Positions 1-13,340 of a stretch of DNA of 64,000 nucleotides are shown here, piece by piece. The notes under the pieces were generated by a model. The model had not been told where the DNA came from. It saw nothing but the letters and a program-made list of their open reading frames with translations, and ran no database searches. The stretch covers positions 17,236,001 to 17,300,000 of the forward strand of contig JBHGNT010000011.1 in assembly GCA_043228905.1 (NCBI GenBank), in the 5' to 3' direction. The translations under genes and the position numbers were made by a program. This DNA is from Azolla caroliniana. Lineage: Eukaryota > Plantae > Polypodiophyta. Within the stretch, counting starts at the first letter, position 1; each line of letters begins with the position of its first letter.

Positions 1-812
1 TGGGCTTCCGCGTCCAGATCATCCCGGTATCTAGGATATTGGAACGGCATATCATCGTCTGGTGTCGGTACACGGGCTGGTGGTGTCGGTGGTCGTTCCT
101 CCTCTTTTGGTGTCGGAGGTTTTTCCCGGTCTTCTATCGCCGTCAGAGGTCTTTCCTGCTCCTCTTTCGATGTCGGAGGCTTCTCCTCCTCGACTTCCAA
201 TGTCGGAGGTCTCTCGTCCTCGACTTTTGGTTCCGGAGTGTGGTCGACTTCTGGTACCGAAGGTTCCAACCTTGTCAATTCTGGTTCCGATGTCGGCAAG
301 GTATCCGACTCCTCGTCCTCTGGTTCGCCTGGGGTGTCGTTACTGTTGCGGTAGTTCATCTACGCATTGTATTCCCCGTCTGAACCCGATTCCAATGCCG
401 AAAATGCTTTGGATTCGTCTTCCCCCGTTGCCAATGCTTGGAGAAGGGATTCTGCTTCCTGGAGGCTGCTTAGGCCGCTTCCTTCGTCCGGGTAGGCGTT
501 TTGTGGTAACCGAAATGATTACTTGGCCACTCTCCGGATCACCTTGGAAAATGAGCGATCCGCTTTGATTTCTTCTGCCACTTGCTGGAAAGCCTCTCGC
601 TTCCTCAGCCGTTCAGCAAGTTTCCTTGCTCGCTCCGTAACCAGGTCGTTCGTTGGTCGCGTCATCCATTCCGGTCGATGTTCGCTGCAGTTGTGTAGGA
701 ATCGTTGTCGCCAAAAACTGTGTCCATCGTGGTCGCCAAAAACTGTGTTAATCCTTAGGACCGAACAATGGCCTAACACAGGGTGTCTCTGGAAGACACT
801 TCACCAAAGGGG
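1..812 (-). mobile_element. 5' internal region (leader and degenerate gag N-terminus) of an LTR retrotransposon that runs off the window start
   Basis: Lies directly downstream (minus strand) of the LTR at 813-1196. GC-rich minus-strand frames with stops encode Glu/Pro-rich repeats (EEEKPPTS-like, 30-bp units at ~110-240). Confidence 0.6.
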
Positions 813-1196
813 TGTTACGGCGAGATAACTTAAGACACAACGATTAATCCAACTTAATTGGCTACTTACCAATAAGGCATTCACTTAATATACGCGTAAG
901 ATATAACAATTAATACAGAACGGTAATCAATACGTGAAGATAAAACAAGAAGCTTATATTAATTCTCCGTCAAAGTTTTACATTGTAATCGGGCCTTTAT
1001 ATAGGTCACCGATGCGGCGTACAAAACGGTGCCAACCGGCACCTATTCGGAACCGGTCCGGATCCGGATCGGCAGACCGATTCCGGTCCGTCCGTTCACT
1101 ACATAATCATAATCTATTCTACTTAATTAAAATAGATTCCAAATAACCATCCCTTTCACATTTTAGTCTTTGTTGTCCTTTGCCAGCCGGGTAACA
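813..1196 (-). mobile_element. 5' LTR of a minus-strand LTR retrotransposon
   Basis: Termini TGTTAC...GTAACA. Minus-strand TATA (CCTATATAAAGG, ~994-1005). Followed on minus by CCCCTT-TGGTGAA. Confidence 0.7.
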
Positions 1197-1245
1197 ATTA
1201 TATTAATAAATGTGTGTAAAAAACACTACTTACAATGGGTGTGAC

Positions 1246-4200
1246 CAGTATTGGGCAAAGTCCCAGGAACAGTGTCAGCGTTCCGGTTGGGTTGGGACTT
1301 TTGCCGGCCAAGGTGGGGGGCAGCCGGAATTGATTCCGGCTAGGTTTTCCTACCAACCGGAATCTAGCTGGTTCATATTTTTTGAACCGGCTATTTATAT
1401 AGTTTGTAAAAATAAAAAGGTTAAAAAAAAACATATTCATTTACTCTTGAGCCTTTCCCCCCTTTTCCCCCTTTGCGTGTTTTTTCCCCCCCTCCTCTTT
1501 CTCTCTCTCTCTCTCTCTCTCTCATTTCTGTCTCCCTCTCTGTCGACGATTTCTTTCTCCCTCTCTGACGACGATTTCTGTCTCCCTCTCTGTCAATTTC
1601 CATTTCACTCTGTCGATTTCTGTTTTTTCTCACAACTCCATCCTTCGGACTTCATCATTACTCGTTCCTCCTTCCTCGTTGATCGCTGCTCGCTCAATCG
1701 CCGCTCGTCGCTCTCTATTGCAAGGTGAGTGCACAACTATAGTTTCTAAAAATTTCCAATTAGGTTCATAAGAACAAGACCAGTTTGAAATGGCAGTTGT
1801 AAAATGCAGAATGTATGTTAAATAGTTCAAGTATTCTAAAATGCATTTTATACATAAAATGCACATTTTTAATAGCTATGTTTGTGAAGGTTTTGTTTCT
1901 TTATCACAATAATTAATGACATCCATGAATATTTGCTCAAATGCCTGATGATTGCAATCCTGAATTATTGTTGCCTTTACTTCCAACGTTCATTTTCCCG
2001 CTGGAGAAATAGTGTTTTTTGTACTAGAGGCAAGTACAGTGGATGTCCGTAAACTACGGTAATTATTTCAGAACATGGGCGAGAGAAATTAGAGTACTAG
2101 AATTTTCTTCTTCTTCTTCTTCTTCATCATGAAACATGGCATGCCCATCATCATCATGAATCATGGTATGCACATACTCATGATGAAACATGGTCTGTTG
2201 AGAAGTGGCATGCCTATCATGAATGATGGTGTGCCCATTGCCATCATCATCATCATCACCACCATCATGAGATATGATATGCACATCATCATCATCCTGA
2301 ACCATGGTACATCCATCATTATCATTTTCATGAACCATCATGGTATTGCCATCATCCACATGACCACATTCTCTTTGAAACCTCATAATTCTTTCTCGCT
2401 AACAATTCTTGCAAAGGAACAAGAAAGACCTTGAAAGAAAGTTTCAAGTGATTAACTCATCTCCATAGCTGGATCTATAAGTGCTTTACCTCATACATCT
2501 TTGCAGCTAGCTGCTCCAATGGATATGGCTGTTAGGATTTCAGAACGATGATGGAAGCTAGAAGCTGGAGATATATCTAAATCATTTTTTAGGGGCATCA
2601 AAAGAGATTGTTGTATGTTTTGAGAGCATCAGAGTGCCTCTTCTGTCAATCAGGGTATGAAAGTTTGAGGCTTTCAAAAGGACACTGAGACTCTCTCAGA
2701 ATTAGGCCTGTATTGGGATTGAGACCCTAATTTAATGGTGAAACCTTATAAAGTTTTAAGATGGCTTGCTTGCTGCTGTTGGATACACAGAAAACAATCA
2801 GAGTCAACAAGAAGAGAGAGGGAAACAAAGGCTCTGCTTTCCTCTGTTTTTTTGTTTTCAAAAAAAGGCAAAGAAGAGGAGAGAAGTGCATGGGCCCATG
2901 ATTCGTGGCAAGTGTGTTTAACCATGAGAAAGAATATCATAAACTTTTTGGGCCTTCGCACTCCGTGATTTGGTACAATGGTCCGAATTTGTCCCGAAAT
3001 ATATAATGGTAATTGCCTCCAATATAGCATGCATAGCATATGTCAATGAAATGCTCATTTGTTTGTATTCCCCTCCCACATAGATTTCATAACTTGCTAC
3101 TAGTTGTCGTTTTCTCCCGTCTATTTGTCTCCTAGTTTGAGCCGAATGCGAACAATTGTGTACTTGTCAATGGTCTTGCTCATTTTTTTCATGTAAGATG
3201 TGGAACTACATATCTAAGAGAGTATGTTGATGTCATTAGGAACGAGTTGGAGCAAGTGATTTGATAACATGTCATCCTGATTCCTAACCCATGTTCTCTC
3301 GGTTTTATATCGCTTGATTTGCTAAGCTTTAAACCAATGAGTCCCTAACCAATGTTGTAGTGACGGTTCATAATCAATACATTGCATGGTAATTTCAATT
3401 ACTTTAAACAAACTTACCATAAACCTTAAGATGAAGTGGTGCTTTCAATATAGATGTAGCAAGAATTGTTACATATGCTCATGTATTTCATATTGTCTCT
3501 ATGTAAATAGATTTGTATGAAGATCCAAGAGTAGCATACAAGTTTAGGACAAGTCAAGATAGAGTAGCATAATTAGTGTAAACACCACGAGGCCACTTTG
3601 TGCATATTTGGATACACATGTATGATGTGTACAATGTATTGCTCAAACTTTTGACTTTATGACCCAAACATGAGACGAAGACAATGCATGCATTGGACGA
3701 AGACAATGCATGTATGTCTCATTGATAGTGAAATTATTTTGAGGTTTTGACATTCAATTTAAGAGTTTCAATTGCGTTTTGCATCGAACACGCTAAGAAA
3801 GAGATGAACTAGTAAATAGTGAAGATATGTATTATTTATCATTTGCATGTGCGTGTAAGCTAATGTGAGGCTTCCTCTTTCTTCTTTATTTTTTTATAGA
3901 TTGGAAGATCCATAATGGAAACTCAATCTTTTATAGCCTCGCAATCTTCCATATATTCCAGGTATTTTAATTTTCTTATTCTCTTTGGAAAACATGGATT
4001 GTGTATGTATGTTTCCCTTTCTTGTAAATGAAAATGATAGATTATGATTGTTCAATATACTCTACCTTATTGTTACAGTATGTCGCACAACAAAAATAGC
4101 AAAGGCAAGGGAAAACAAATGAGCCTTCATACAATGCCTTGTTTTAGGAAGAACATGTCATCTTCTAATGAAGATGTGTCTCTAGAAGAACCTATAAAAG

Positions 4201-6674
4201 ACCAACAATACTCTCAAGAGTCAATTAATGAGATAAATAGAGTTAGTAAGGCGAAACTAAGATTTCAAGAAGATTGGCCTACTAAATTTAAGTGGCTTCA
4301 AGAGGATTAGAAACTGGGCTTCTATGGTGTAGTTATTGTAGGAATGACCCACATTGTAAGTCCTTATTTGGAAAAACAGGTGCAAAAAATTTTAAGACTT
4401 CTGCATTAGAAGCACATGCAAGAAGTGTGGCCCATCGAGATGCCATTTTGTTACAAGAACGAGACAAGAATGGTCTTGAAAAATGTGCATCAAAGAAAAA
4501 AGCTAGTGTGGATTTAGCAGTTGAAAAATTGTTTAAATGTGCATATTTTATAGCTAAAGAGGATTTGGCATTTAGAAAATTGGAAAACCTCTTACGTTTA
4601 TTAAGAGAGTGTGGTGTGGAAGGCCTTCCACGAATGTACAATGATAATAAGGCTTGTGCAAGCTTTATCTTGCACATTAGCAAGGCTCTTGAAGCCGAGA
4701 TATATGAAAGGTTGAGGACAAGTCCTTGGTTTGGGCTTATGGTAGATGAAGCTACCGATGTAAGTGTGACCAAGAACTTGATCCTTTACGCTACATTTGT
4801 GGAAGGAAGGCAAGTACGAACCTCTTATTTAGGGGTACTTGAAGTAGAGGATGGTACAGCAAAAACAATAACAGAAAACATTTTAGCGTTGTTAAAAAAG
4901 TGGAACTTAGATGTTAGAAAAATGATGGGATTTGGAAGTGATGGAGCATCTATTATGGTAGGTATGTCTACAGGTGTTGCTACAAGATTGAAGTCATATA
5001 ATCCATTTATGACTTCATTACATTGTTGTGCACATCGAACAAACTTGTGTGTGCAAGAGGCTTCAAAGAACGTCGAAGTCAAAGAAACATGCAAGCAGTT
5101 AGATGCCCTTGTGAATCGGGTGGCTGCACATTTCTCGAGGAGCTCAATGCGCCAAGGTGAATTAAGTAAGATGCAAGATGCATTAGAATACACACATTTG
5201 CATATTCTTGGGATTGTGAAGACACGATGGCTTAGTCGGCATGGTGCTATCATGAGGGTATGTGATGTGTATGAACCCTTGATGAAGACTTTGCAATCGC
5301 AAAGTGATGCATACAATGTATTCTTGAGTTTAAGAAACTTTAAAGTAGTGTATATGCTTCACTTCCTTGCAGATGTACTTAAGATCATGTCTACATTAAG
5401 TATGGAATTCCAAAAGGAATATGTGGATGTGACATGCATTGGAGGTTTGGCTATGATAGCCATTGGGGAGATAGAAGAACAATTTTTACATCATGTTATG
5501 ATGGATCTGAATGGTTTTGAGAAGGATAACGATAATTATCCAATTATTCCAGAATATGGTAGAGAAAAAGGAATGCTTTCAGTTTTACGAGATGCCACAA
5601 AAGGTAATATGTATAAAAGCATCCTCATCGATAGAAGTGTTGATGGTGAGGACTTAATTGAAGCCATACAATTCCAAACTTTGTTTTCTAAGGCATTGAT
5701 AGAGACAATAAAAAAGAGGCTTTAAGATCCGGTGACTCTTTCCGCATTGAAAATGTTATCACCAATGAACATGTCTACCGGATCTACAAGCATTTTAGCA
5801 CGAAAAACTATGGGTCTTAATGAGTTGAAAACACTTGGAAATTTTTATGGCATTCAAAAAATGATAGATGGGAAAGCGTTTTCTCCCATAATTGATAATG
5901 ATAAATTGTATGATGAATATGCAATTTTCAAAAGGCAAGCTACCACGGAATGGCTTGGAAGAGATTTCTTAGATGTTTGGGGTATGATAAATTGTAATGA
6001 TGTGTGGAAAGAAAAGCTACCCGAGCTTCTAAAGCTTTCATTGATAGGGTTAATTCAGTGTTCTTCTACGGCAGCATGTGAGAGAGGCTTTAGTCGCCTA
6101 AATCTAATAAAAAATAAGTTTAGAAATAGGCTAAAAACCAATGCGGTTGATGCATTGATACGAATATCTATTGAAGGACCTGAATTAGAAGAACATGACT
6201 TCAATGCCAGCATTTTGTTGTGGCGAGAAAGCAAGGCATATCGTCATATTTTTACAGGTACTTCTCATGAGCATGATGATGACATCGAGGACTTCATAGA
6301 AGATATAGATTGAAATTTTGTAAATGTGATCTATTTTGTTTTGGAACTTTATATATATTAGCTCTAATTTGATCTAATATGTTGTTAATGCTAGTTTACA
6401 AAGTTTCGAAAAGTGAATTTTGTTTACAAAGTTAGTACATTTTTTGATAAATATATATATTTAGTTTTTGGGCTCCAATTTTTTGTGATTGATTTGATGT
6501 GGTATTGCACTAGAATTTTATTTATTTATTTGGTATGCGTTAAAAAAAATTTCAACATTTCCGGTTGACATTGTCACTAATAGGAACGTGGCCGGCTGAG
6601 ATTTTAACATTCCGGTTAGGTTCATAAGAAGCAGGAAAATTTCCGGTAGGGCCTAGAGACTTTGCCCAACACTG
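1246..6674 (+). mobile_element. Complete hAT DNA transposon (disabled)
   Basis: 17-bp TIRs CAGTATTGGGCAAAGTC / GACTTTGCCCAACACTG (1 mismatch). Perfect 8-bp TSD GGTGTGAC at 1238-1245 and 6675-6682. Encodes a hAT transposase. Confidence 0.95.
4080..6313 (+). pseudogene. hAT transposase (ZNF862/DUF4371-like, TTF-type zinc finger, C-terminal dimerization domain)
   Basis: Motifs W..KFKWL..WCSYC..H....H, MVDEATD, GSDGAS, HCCAHR, TRWLS, CERGFS..N.IKNK.RNRL. Frameshift near 4305-4310 and in-frame TAA at 5723-5725. ATG at 4080 follows a splice acceptor. Confidence 0.9.
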
Positions 6675-6748
6675 GGTGTGACCATGAAGTATGGTCACCC
6701 ACTAACTACACTACACTACATGGGTCAGACGAACATGTTGAATTGACA

Positions 6749-6960
6749 ATAGGCAAGACGAACATTCCACCGAGGAAAGGATTTCCACTTGCTCCAATAA
6801 AGAAAATTGCTACATTAGTACTCCCTTCAACTTTCGTAGATATGCTTTCACTCCATAGGCAAGACGAACATTCCACCGAGGAAAGGATTTCCACTTGCTC
6901 CAATAAAGAAAATTGCTACATTAGTACTCCCTTCAACTTTCGTAGATATGCTTTCACTCC
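6749..6960. repeat. 106-bp perfect tandem duplication in the LINE 3' region
   Basis: 6749-6854 is repeated at 6855-6960. Confidence 0.9.
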
Positions 6961-7865
6961 ATGTCTACCATCAAATACAAAAGCGTTGCGCATATTCCAA
7001 TTATGACGCAATCCCCAATATCTCAAAAATAGAAAAACAATCTTCATCTCTAACTTTGGGTCCACCTATGTAAATTGTACAAACACCCATTATTTAGGTG
7101 TCAAATAACACCGTGATAAAACTTGCCAATTTTGAGAAATGTAACTCCAAATTTGAGAAGCAATCGGGCATTGTATAAATCGATGAGTACTATCTTCCAT
7201 TTGAACAGTGCAAAAAAAATAATTACCCGTCCATAATAATTGGTGTGCTTCAACAAACTCCAAAATTCATTGAGATGGAGCCTCAACTATATCTCCCACC
7301 TCTTTGACCCCCAAACGAAACAAACAATTAAATTAAGAGCATAATCTCTCCTTTCCTAGCCAACATAATAACCAGAAGACACAAGTAACTCTTTTTGCAA
7401 AGAATTACAATGCTCTCTACTAGATGATGGTTTCCATTGTTAAGCACTTGGATCGCACCACGACCGGTAATGAAGAAGAGTGCATCAAAAAGGACGTAGT
7501 ATGGCTAAAGGACCTACGAAGAGGGAATGGCAAGAGAAAAGAGGGCTAAGGGACACCCAAGTGTGAAAGGCCCATACCCTAAATGTAAATGCTATATAAA
7601 CCACATGGTGGTGGCTTTGTAAGGGTTCTTCCATTTGTAAAGATCTCCCTATTGATTAAGAGCTACAACTTCCTCTCCTCCTTGTAACCTTTAAGCTTAA
7701 GAGAGATTAGTGAAGTGTTTAGTTAGAGAACACTAATCTCTCTTCCTTGTTGGTGCTAGACCTCTTAGCAAAGAGGGTTAATAAACATATTCATTACTCT
7801 TATTGTCTATATTCATTACCCTAGTGTCTATGAGAGCGAGCTTGAGAGAGTGAGAGAGATATCGT

Positions 7866-8995
7866 TATCGTGAAGATCTATCACTACGTGCGGATCGTGA
7901 GGCGGAACCGCCGAGGTCTTGGACCGGAAGGATTCGAAGTTTGCACTAGCTTTAGCGAGAAAGTATTTAAGATAGATTAAAAGAGAGAGAGATTGAGATA
8001 AGATAGAACGCTTGACTTTAGATTGAGAAAGATTGAAATGGAGAGAGAGATTAAGATTGAACCCTTTACTTTAGATTTAAGGAACAAGATATACCTTCAA
8101 TTGGATAACGATTTTATTTTCTTAATATTAATTTTGATATAAAGTACAAAGCTTGCTTGATTAATACCTAGCCCGTTTTTCCTCTCCATCCACTCTTTTA
8201 TAGATGCCCCCATGCATAATATGATGCATGTGAGGGTGCAAGACATGCATGATATGCATGTTTGCCATTTGGCGCTCATGTATTACATGTGTTACATGAT
8301 AACCATATCACTCATTCAAGCTCTCATGTATGAGAAATTTACATGTGAAACTATAATGATAGTAAAAACATTTCTAAATACATGACTTGGCTTAGTGGTA
8401 AGTTCATTGTCTTCTATCTTGGAGGTGCAAGGTTCAAGCCTTGTTCATATTTATTTTAAAACCACAAAATACTACTAGGCTTTTGGTCTTGTATTTACAC
8501 CGAAAATCTTCAAAACACCATGCACTGCGATCAACCGACCGATTCAGTCCGATCCCAATCCGATCCTGTCCGTCGTCATCTCGTCGGCTCCATCCAAAAC
8601 ACTATTTGAATAACTTAGCTACATCCATTCATCTAAGTTATACAACCCAACCTTTTTGTGCTCCTAGCACATAGATGAAACATAAGAGATATGGTTCTAG
8701 TTATATACTCTTGAATCCTGATGTTGTCCTATCTATGTAGGATATCTCACAATTTTGTTTTTCTCTTCTTCTTCTCAAACTTTACATTCACATAACTTGA
8801 CATTTAGTTGTTCGTTTCAAATGTAGTAAAGTACATTCAAAAGCTCTTGAGGACCTCCATCTTTTTGTACCAAGATATTAAACTAGTTTAAAATAGTATC
8901 TTCACTATTATTGTTTTATGTTGTGTGTGAAGAACCACACTCGATTTTGTACATTCCATTCAATTTTCACACCATTGGTGAAAATCTTCACGACA
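7866..8995 (-). mobile_element. Solo LTR (Ty3/gypsy type) nested in the 5' LTR of the 7438-10640 element
   Basis: Absent from the sister LTR. Termini TATCGTGAAGAT...ATCTTCACGACA. 4-bp TSD TCGT. End matches the TCTTCACGACA terminus of the 13611-20910 gypsy LTR. Minus-strand TATA near 8200. Confidence 0.85.
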
Positions 8996-9159
8996 TCGTG
9001 CTTAATCATATATTAATTGTTAAGTGAGTGTGAGGCTCGGAGGTGCCCAACTACCATCTCCGCCCAATTCGCCATCAAAAGGGTATACGTCGGTCCGAAC
9101 TCCGCAAACGACATCGAGGAGCTAACTCCATCGATACATGGATCCTACACATCTATCTG

Positions 9160-9410
9160 CTCGAGGAGAGGTTCTCTTCGAAGCCTTACTCCTCAAACCC
9201 CCTACCCCCGGTTCGAGGAGACTTACCCCTCGAATCCCCCACCGGTTCGAGGAGAGCTTCTCTCCACACCCTTACTCCTTGAACCCCCTACCCCGGTTTG
9301 AGGAGAGGAGACTTACTCCTCAAACCCCTACCCATTGGTTTGAGGAGAGGTTCTCCTCGAACCCCCTACCCCCGGTTCGAGGAGAGTTACTCCTCGAACC
9401 TCTACCCACT
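9160..9410 (+). repeat. Array of six palindromic stem-loop repeats
   Basis: GGTTYGAGGAG-loop-CTCCTYRAACC units separated by C-rich linkers. Confidence 0.85.
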
Positions 9411-12400
9411 TAACCCCTCCAAACCCCCCATCCTACGAATAAATTGTTCATGTCATTAGGTCCATACAATATCGTGGTCGACAATTAATAAATAAATAAA
9501 TAATAATAAAATACACAAAAAATCATAATAATAATAACAACAATTCAAGGTAGACAAGGGTCAAGACACACATGAATTGGTACACTCCATTTAACACTAC
9601 TAACCTTTGTCCTGGCATGTTATAATCGACGGTGTCCACCCAATTCACCACGCTCCTCCACGCGCACTACCTCGATGCCAGTCGTGGCTCCTTGGTAATT
9701 CAAGTCGGGTTCAGCAACACCCGTTGTACCTATCGTGCCTCACGTTCTTCCTCGGGATTGGCCTTTGGGGTGTACTTCCCAAGTTGGTCAGTCGGTTCCT
9801 CGCAAGATACAACCCCGATATCGGCCACGTTCACACGCACACCTTCGCGGATGCTACCCCTGTTGAGTTCCAGTTCAACGTCGCTGACGTTTGCATTACG
9901 CTACATTTGTTAGTGGATGGCATTCCCTTCCTCACCACTTTGTCCACTTCGTCATTTGTTGGTGGATGGTATTCCCTTCAGCCCGTAGCGTCGTCTCCAA
10001 CATCATCCTCGCTGCCTCCCATAGTGCACCCGGGAGTGTGCACTCGTTAGGTTGGGGGGGATGTTAAGCACTTGGATCACACCACGGCCAGTAATGAAGA
10101 AGAGTGCATCAACAAGGACGTAGTATGGCTAAAGGACCTACGAAGAGGGAATGGCAAGAGGAAATAGGGCTAAGGGACACCCAAGTGTGAAAGGCCCATA
10201 CCCTAAATGTAAATGCTATATAAACCACATGGTGGTGGCTTTGTAAGGGTTCTTCCATTTGTAAAGATCTCCCTATTGATTAAGAGCTACAACTTCCTCT
10301 CCTCCTTCTTGTAACATTTAAGCTTAAGAGAGCTTAGTGAAGTGTTTAGTTAAAGAACACTAATCTCTCTTCCTTGTTGGTGTTAGACCCCTTAGCAAAG
10401 AGTGTTAATAAACATATTCATTACTCTTATTGTCTATATTCATTACCCTATTGTCTATGAGAGCGAGCTTGAGAGAGTGAGAGAGATATCATGCTTAATC
10501 GTCTATTAATCGTTGAGTGTGAGGCTCGGAGGTGCCCGACTACCATCTCCGCCCAATTTGCCATCAAAAGGGTATACGCCGGTCTGAACTCTACAAACGA
10601 CATCAAGGAGCTAACTCCATCGATACATATATCCTACACATCCATACACATAACAAGAGTGCTTCTTGCCATGAGGTAACCAAGTGTTGAACACATGTAG
10701 AGCCCGAAATCCTAAGTGAAATACATCTATTTAGTACTTGCCACCATGAAGCCTTAATTGTTGTCCTCCCATGTGTTAAACCCTTATTCTCAATGAAATA
10801 TTGAACAATAGATATTCATGGTTGTGAGTTTGAACACATGTCTTGTAATAATGAAAATCTACGAGCCATCATATGCTTAGATAAGTTCAATACTCCAGCT
10901 CCCCCAAGCGCTTAGTAGTTGCTAGATGATTCCATGAAACCCAAGTGATTCCCATCTTATCCCTTTTCTTCCACAACAAATATCGAAGAGGTTGCAAAAT
11001 AGAATGCAAAGCCTTCTTTGTCCACGGTAGCAATGGCAAGTAATATAATATCATAGGTTCCATAATACATTGTACAACCTTCAAACGTACATGAAATGGC
11101 CAAGATTGTGATTTCCAATACATGAACTTATCCCTCAACTTACTAGACATCCATTCAATCAATTTACCATTTGTAACATTCATTCCTAATGGATAGCCCA
11201 AGTGTCGAAAAATAGAGCCTTTCTTCACCACGAATCCTTTCCATCCTAAACATTCCAAATCCCTTTCAGTACATAATATGGGACTAGACTTCCTCCAATT
11301 AATATGTAATCCGGAAGCCAATGCAAATTGGTTGCATACAAGCATCCCCTTCTCAAGATTCTCTCGTGAGGCTTGTAGAAACATGAAAGAATCATCAACC
11401 AAAGCTTGTACAACTAGTTGCCCTCCAAACGGAAGGTGTAGACCCACAATATCACCATTTGTTGTAAGCCTTGATAACATCACTAATAAGGGATGAGTAA
11501 CAATAGCAAACAGCAATGGGCTAATAGGGCATCCTTGACGAACGGATCTTGTAAGGGCAATATCTGATGTAACTCCTCCATTAAGCATGACTCGAGACAC
11601 CGCATCTTGTCCTAATAAAAATATGAGGCGAGACATACGAGGTCCAACCCATTGTATGCATTAACCCAGAAACAAAGGACCAATTAACATGATCATAAGC
11701 TTTCTCCAAATCTAATTGCACCGTAATCAATTCTTGATGAGTGTTTCGAACATAATCCATGGCCATTTGAACAGTCAACACATTATGTAATATATTTCTA
11801 ACTGCAATAAAACCATATTGGGCGGGATGTATCAACTTTGGCAAATACTTTTGTAATCTAATTGCCAAGACCTTTGTAAATATCTTATACAACCCCCCCA
11901 TCAAAGAAATAGGCCTCCATTGATGAAATGACTCTAGAGATGCCACCTTTGGAACTAATTTAATTATACCAACCTTCCAAACATGAGGTATACGACCAGA
12001 ATCCCAAGAATGTTGAAACATCAAAGTTAAGGGCCCCTTTAAAATGTGTGAATATCTCTTAAAAACTTCATTTGTCAAGCCATCCCAACCAAGGCTCTTA
12101 CCACTAGGAAGATGCCTTAAAATTGTGTCTACCTCATCCTCAGTGAAATCTGCATCCAATTCATGACTAATGAGGTCATGCACAATACATCCAACCACAT
12201 CATAAAACTCATGACGTGCTCTACTCACCTCATTTGTCATTAACAATTGTGGGCCAATCAACTCCTTAAAGTAATGAACACATCTCTCTCTCTCTCTCTC
12301 TCTCTCTTTCAACTAGAATTGAGAGAAGCTTTCCATGGACTATACCTCATCTCATTTATCATAATCAGTCTCTCGACATACTTTAAGAAATATATCTATT

Positions 12401-12929
12401 TATCTTATCATTGTCAACTTTTATCAAGTTGCTTGTCACAAAACTATTTCAATGTATATGGAATCAAATATAAGAGTGCGGGCTTACAAATAAATTGGCT
12501 TTTCAAAAATACAATACCACCATTGATCACTTTGTCACCCTTCAAGTATTAATGGAAAAAAGTTGCTTGAGAGGTAAGTGTTTACATTGTTGCTTCATAG
12601 ACTTCAATAAATTTTTTGATTTGGTTCCCCCTGAGCATCTTTGACACTACATGAAAAAACTTAGGTTATCAAATGAATATATGTTTACAATTTCCATAAT
12701 CTATAAGAAGGCTATATATTGTATGGGTGATAAAATTTCAAAAAAATTTCAAATGCAATGTTATGGGTGTTAAGCAATAATTCTTACTCTCGCTCACTCT
12801 TTTTTCTTTAATATGCATTGATGAATTAGAACAATTGGTTATTTGCATGTTTAAAGAGTAAGAAGACATTGAAGAAGTTGTCTCAAGAATGTAGTCATCA
12901 TGGTTTTGTTGTATGTAGATGATGGTAGC

Positions 12930-13340
12930 AATGGGCACGGTTCGGTTCAGTTTCTTTGCCTTGAAACCAAACCAAACCATTTATATAAAACAAAAACCAA
13001 ACCAAACCGTTTATGATTTCTCAAGCCGTTTAAACCAAACCATTGAAGAAAAGGTAAACCAAATCATTTAAACCCAAATCGTTTAGGTAAAAGTTGAAAC
13101 CAAATTGAGCCATTTAATAAAAAATTTAAACCTAACCAATTAAGTCAAACTAATTAAAAATCTAAAAAAACAAAAATACATTAAATTAAATAAGAATTTA
13201 AGCTAAATTAATTAAATCAATAAAAAACCATTAATTATTTACCATTATATTAATAAACTATTAAGGTGAAAAAAAAGTTAACAAAAAACCAATAAACCTT
13301 TAAACCAAACCATTTAAACCTATAAACCGATAAACCCGAG
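12930..13340. repeat. AT-rich MITE-like remnant (AAACC/GGTTC motifs)
   Basis: Dense AAACCAAACC motifs typical of plant non-autonomous DNA elements. No clear TIR/TSD. Similar patches at ~48340-48510 and ~54900-55075. Confidence 0.4.

Larger units (their letters stand above)
7438..10640 (+). mobile_element. Non-autonomous LTR retrotransposon (LTRs ~580 bp, ~910-bp non-coding interior)
   Basis: 5' LTR 7438-9151 (interrupted) and 3' LTR 10062-10640, TG...CA. 5-bp TSD TCCAT. PPT GGTTGGGGGGGA before the 3' LTR. No gag/pol motifs. Confidence 0.9.
6700..12283 (-). mobile_element. Decayed, 5'-truncated L1/Tx1-type LINE (RT and C-terminus), interrupted by an LTR element at 7438-10640
   Basis: RT motifs WRPISL, LDLEKAYD, RQGCPISPLLF (10887-12312). 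C-terminal YWGL..NWNMRNA at ~6980-7030 matches the second L1 copy. Multiple frameshifts; 3' boundary approximate. Confidence 0.85.

Noticed and set aside
2034-2060. TA-CAGTGGATGTCCG as a Tc1/mariner TIR
   Set aside because: No matching inverted partner found downstream.
9160-9410. CRISPR-like array
   Set aside because: Eukaryotic LTR context, linkers are short C-rich repeats and not unique spacers, and no cas genes are present.
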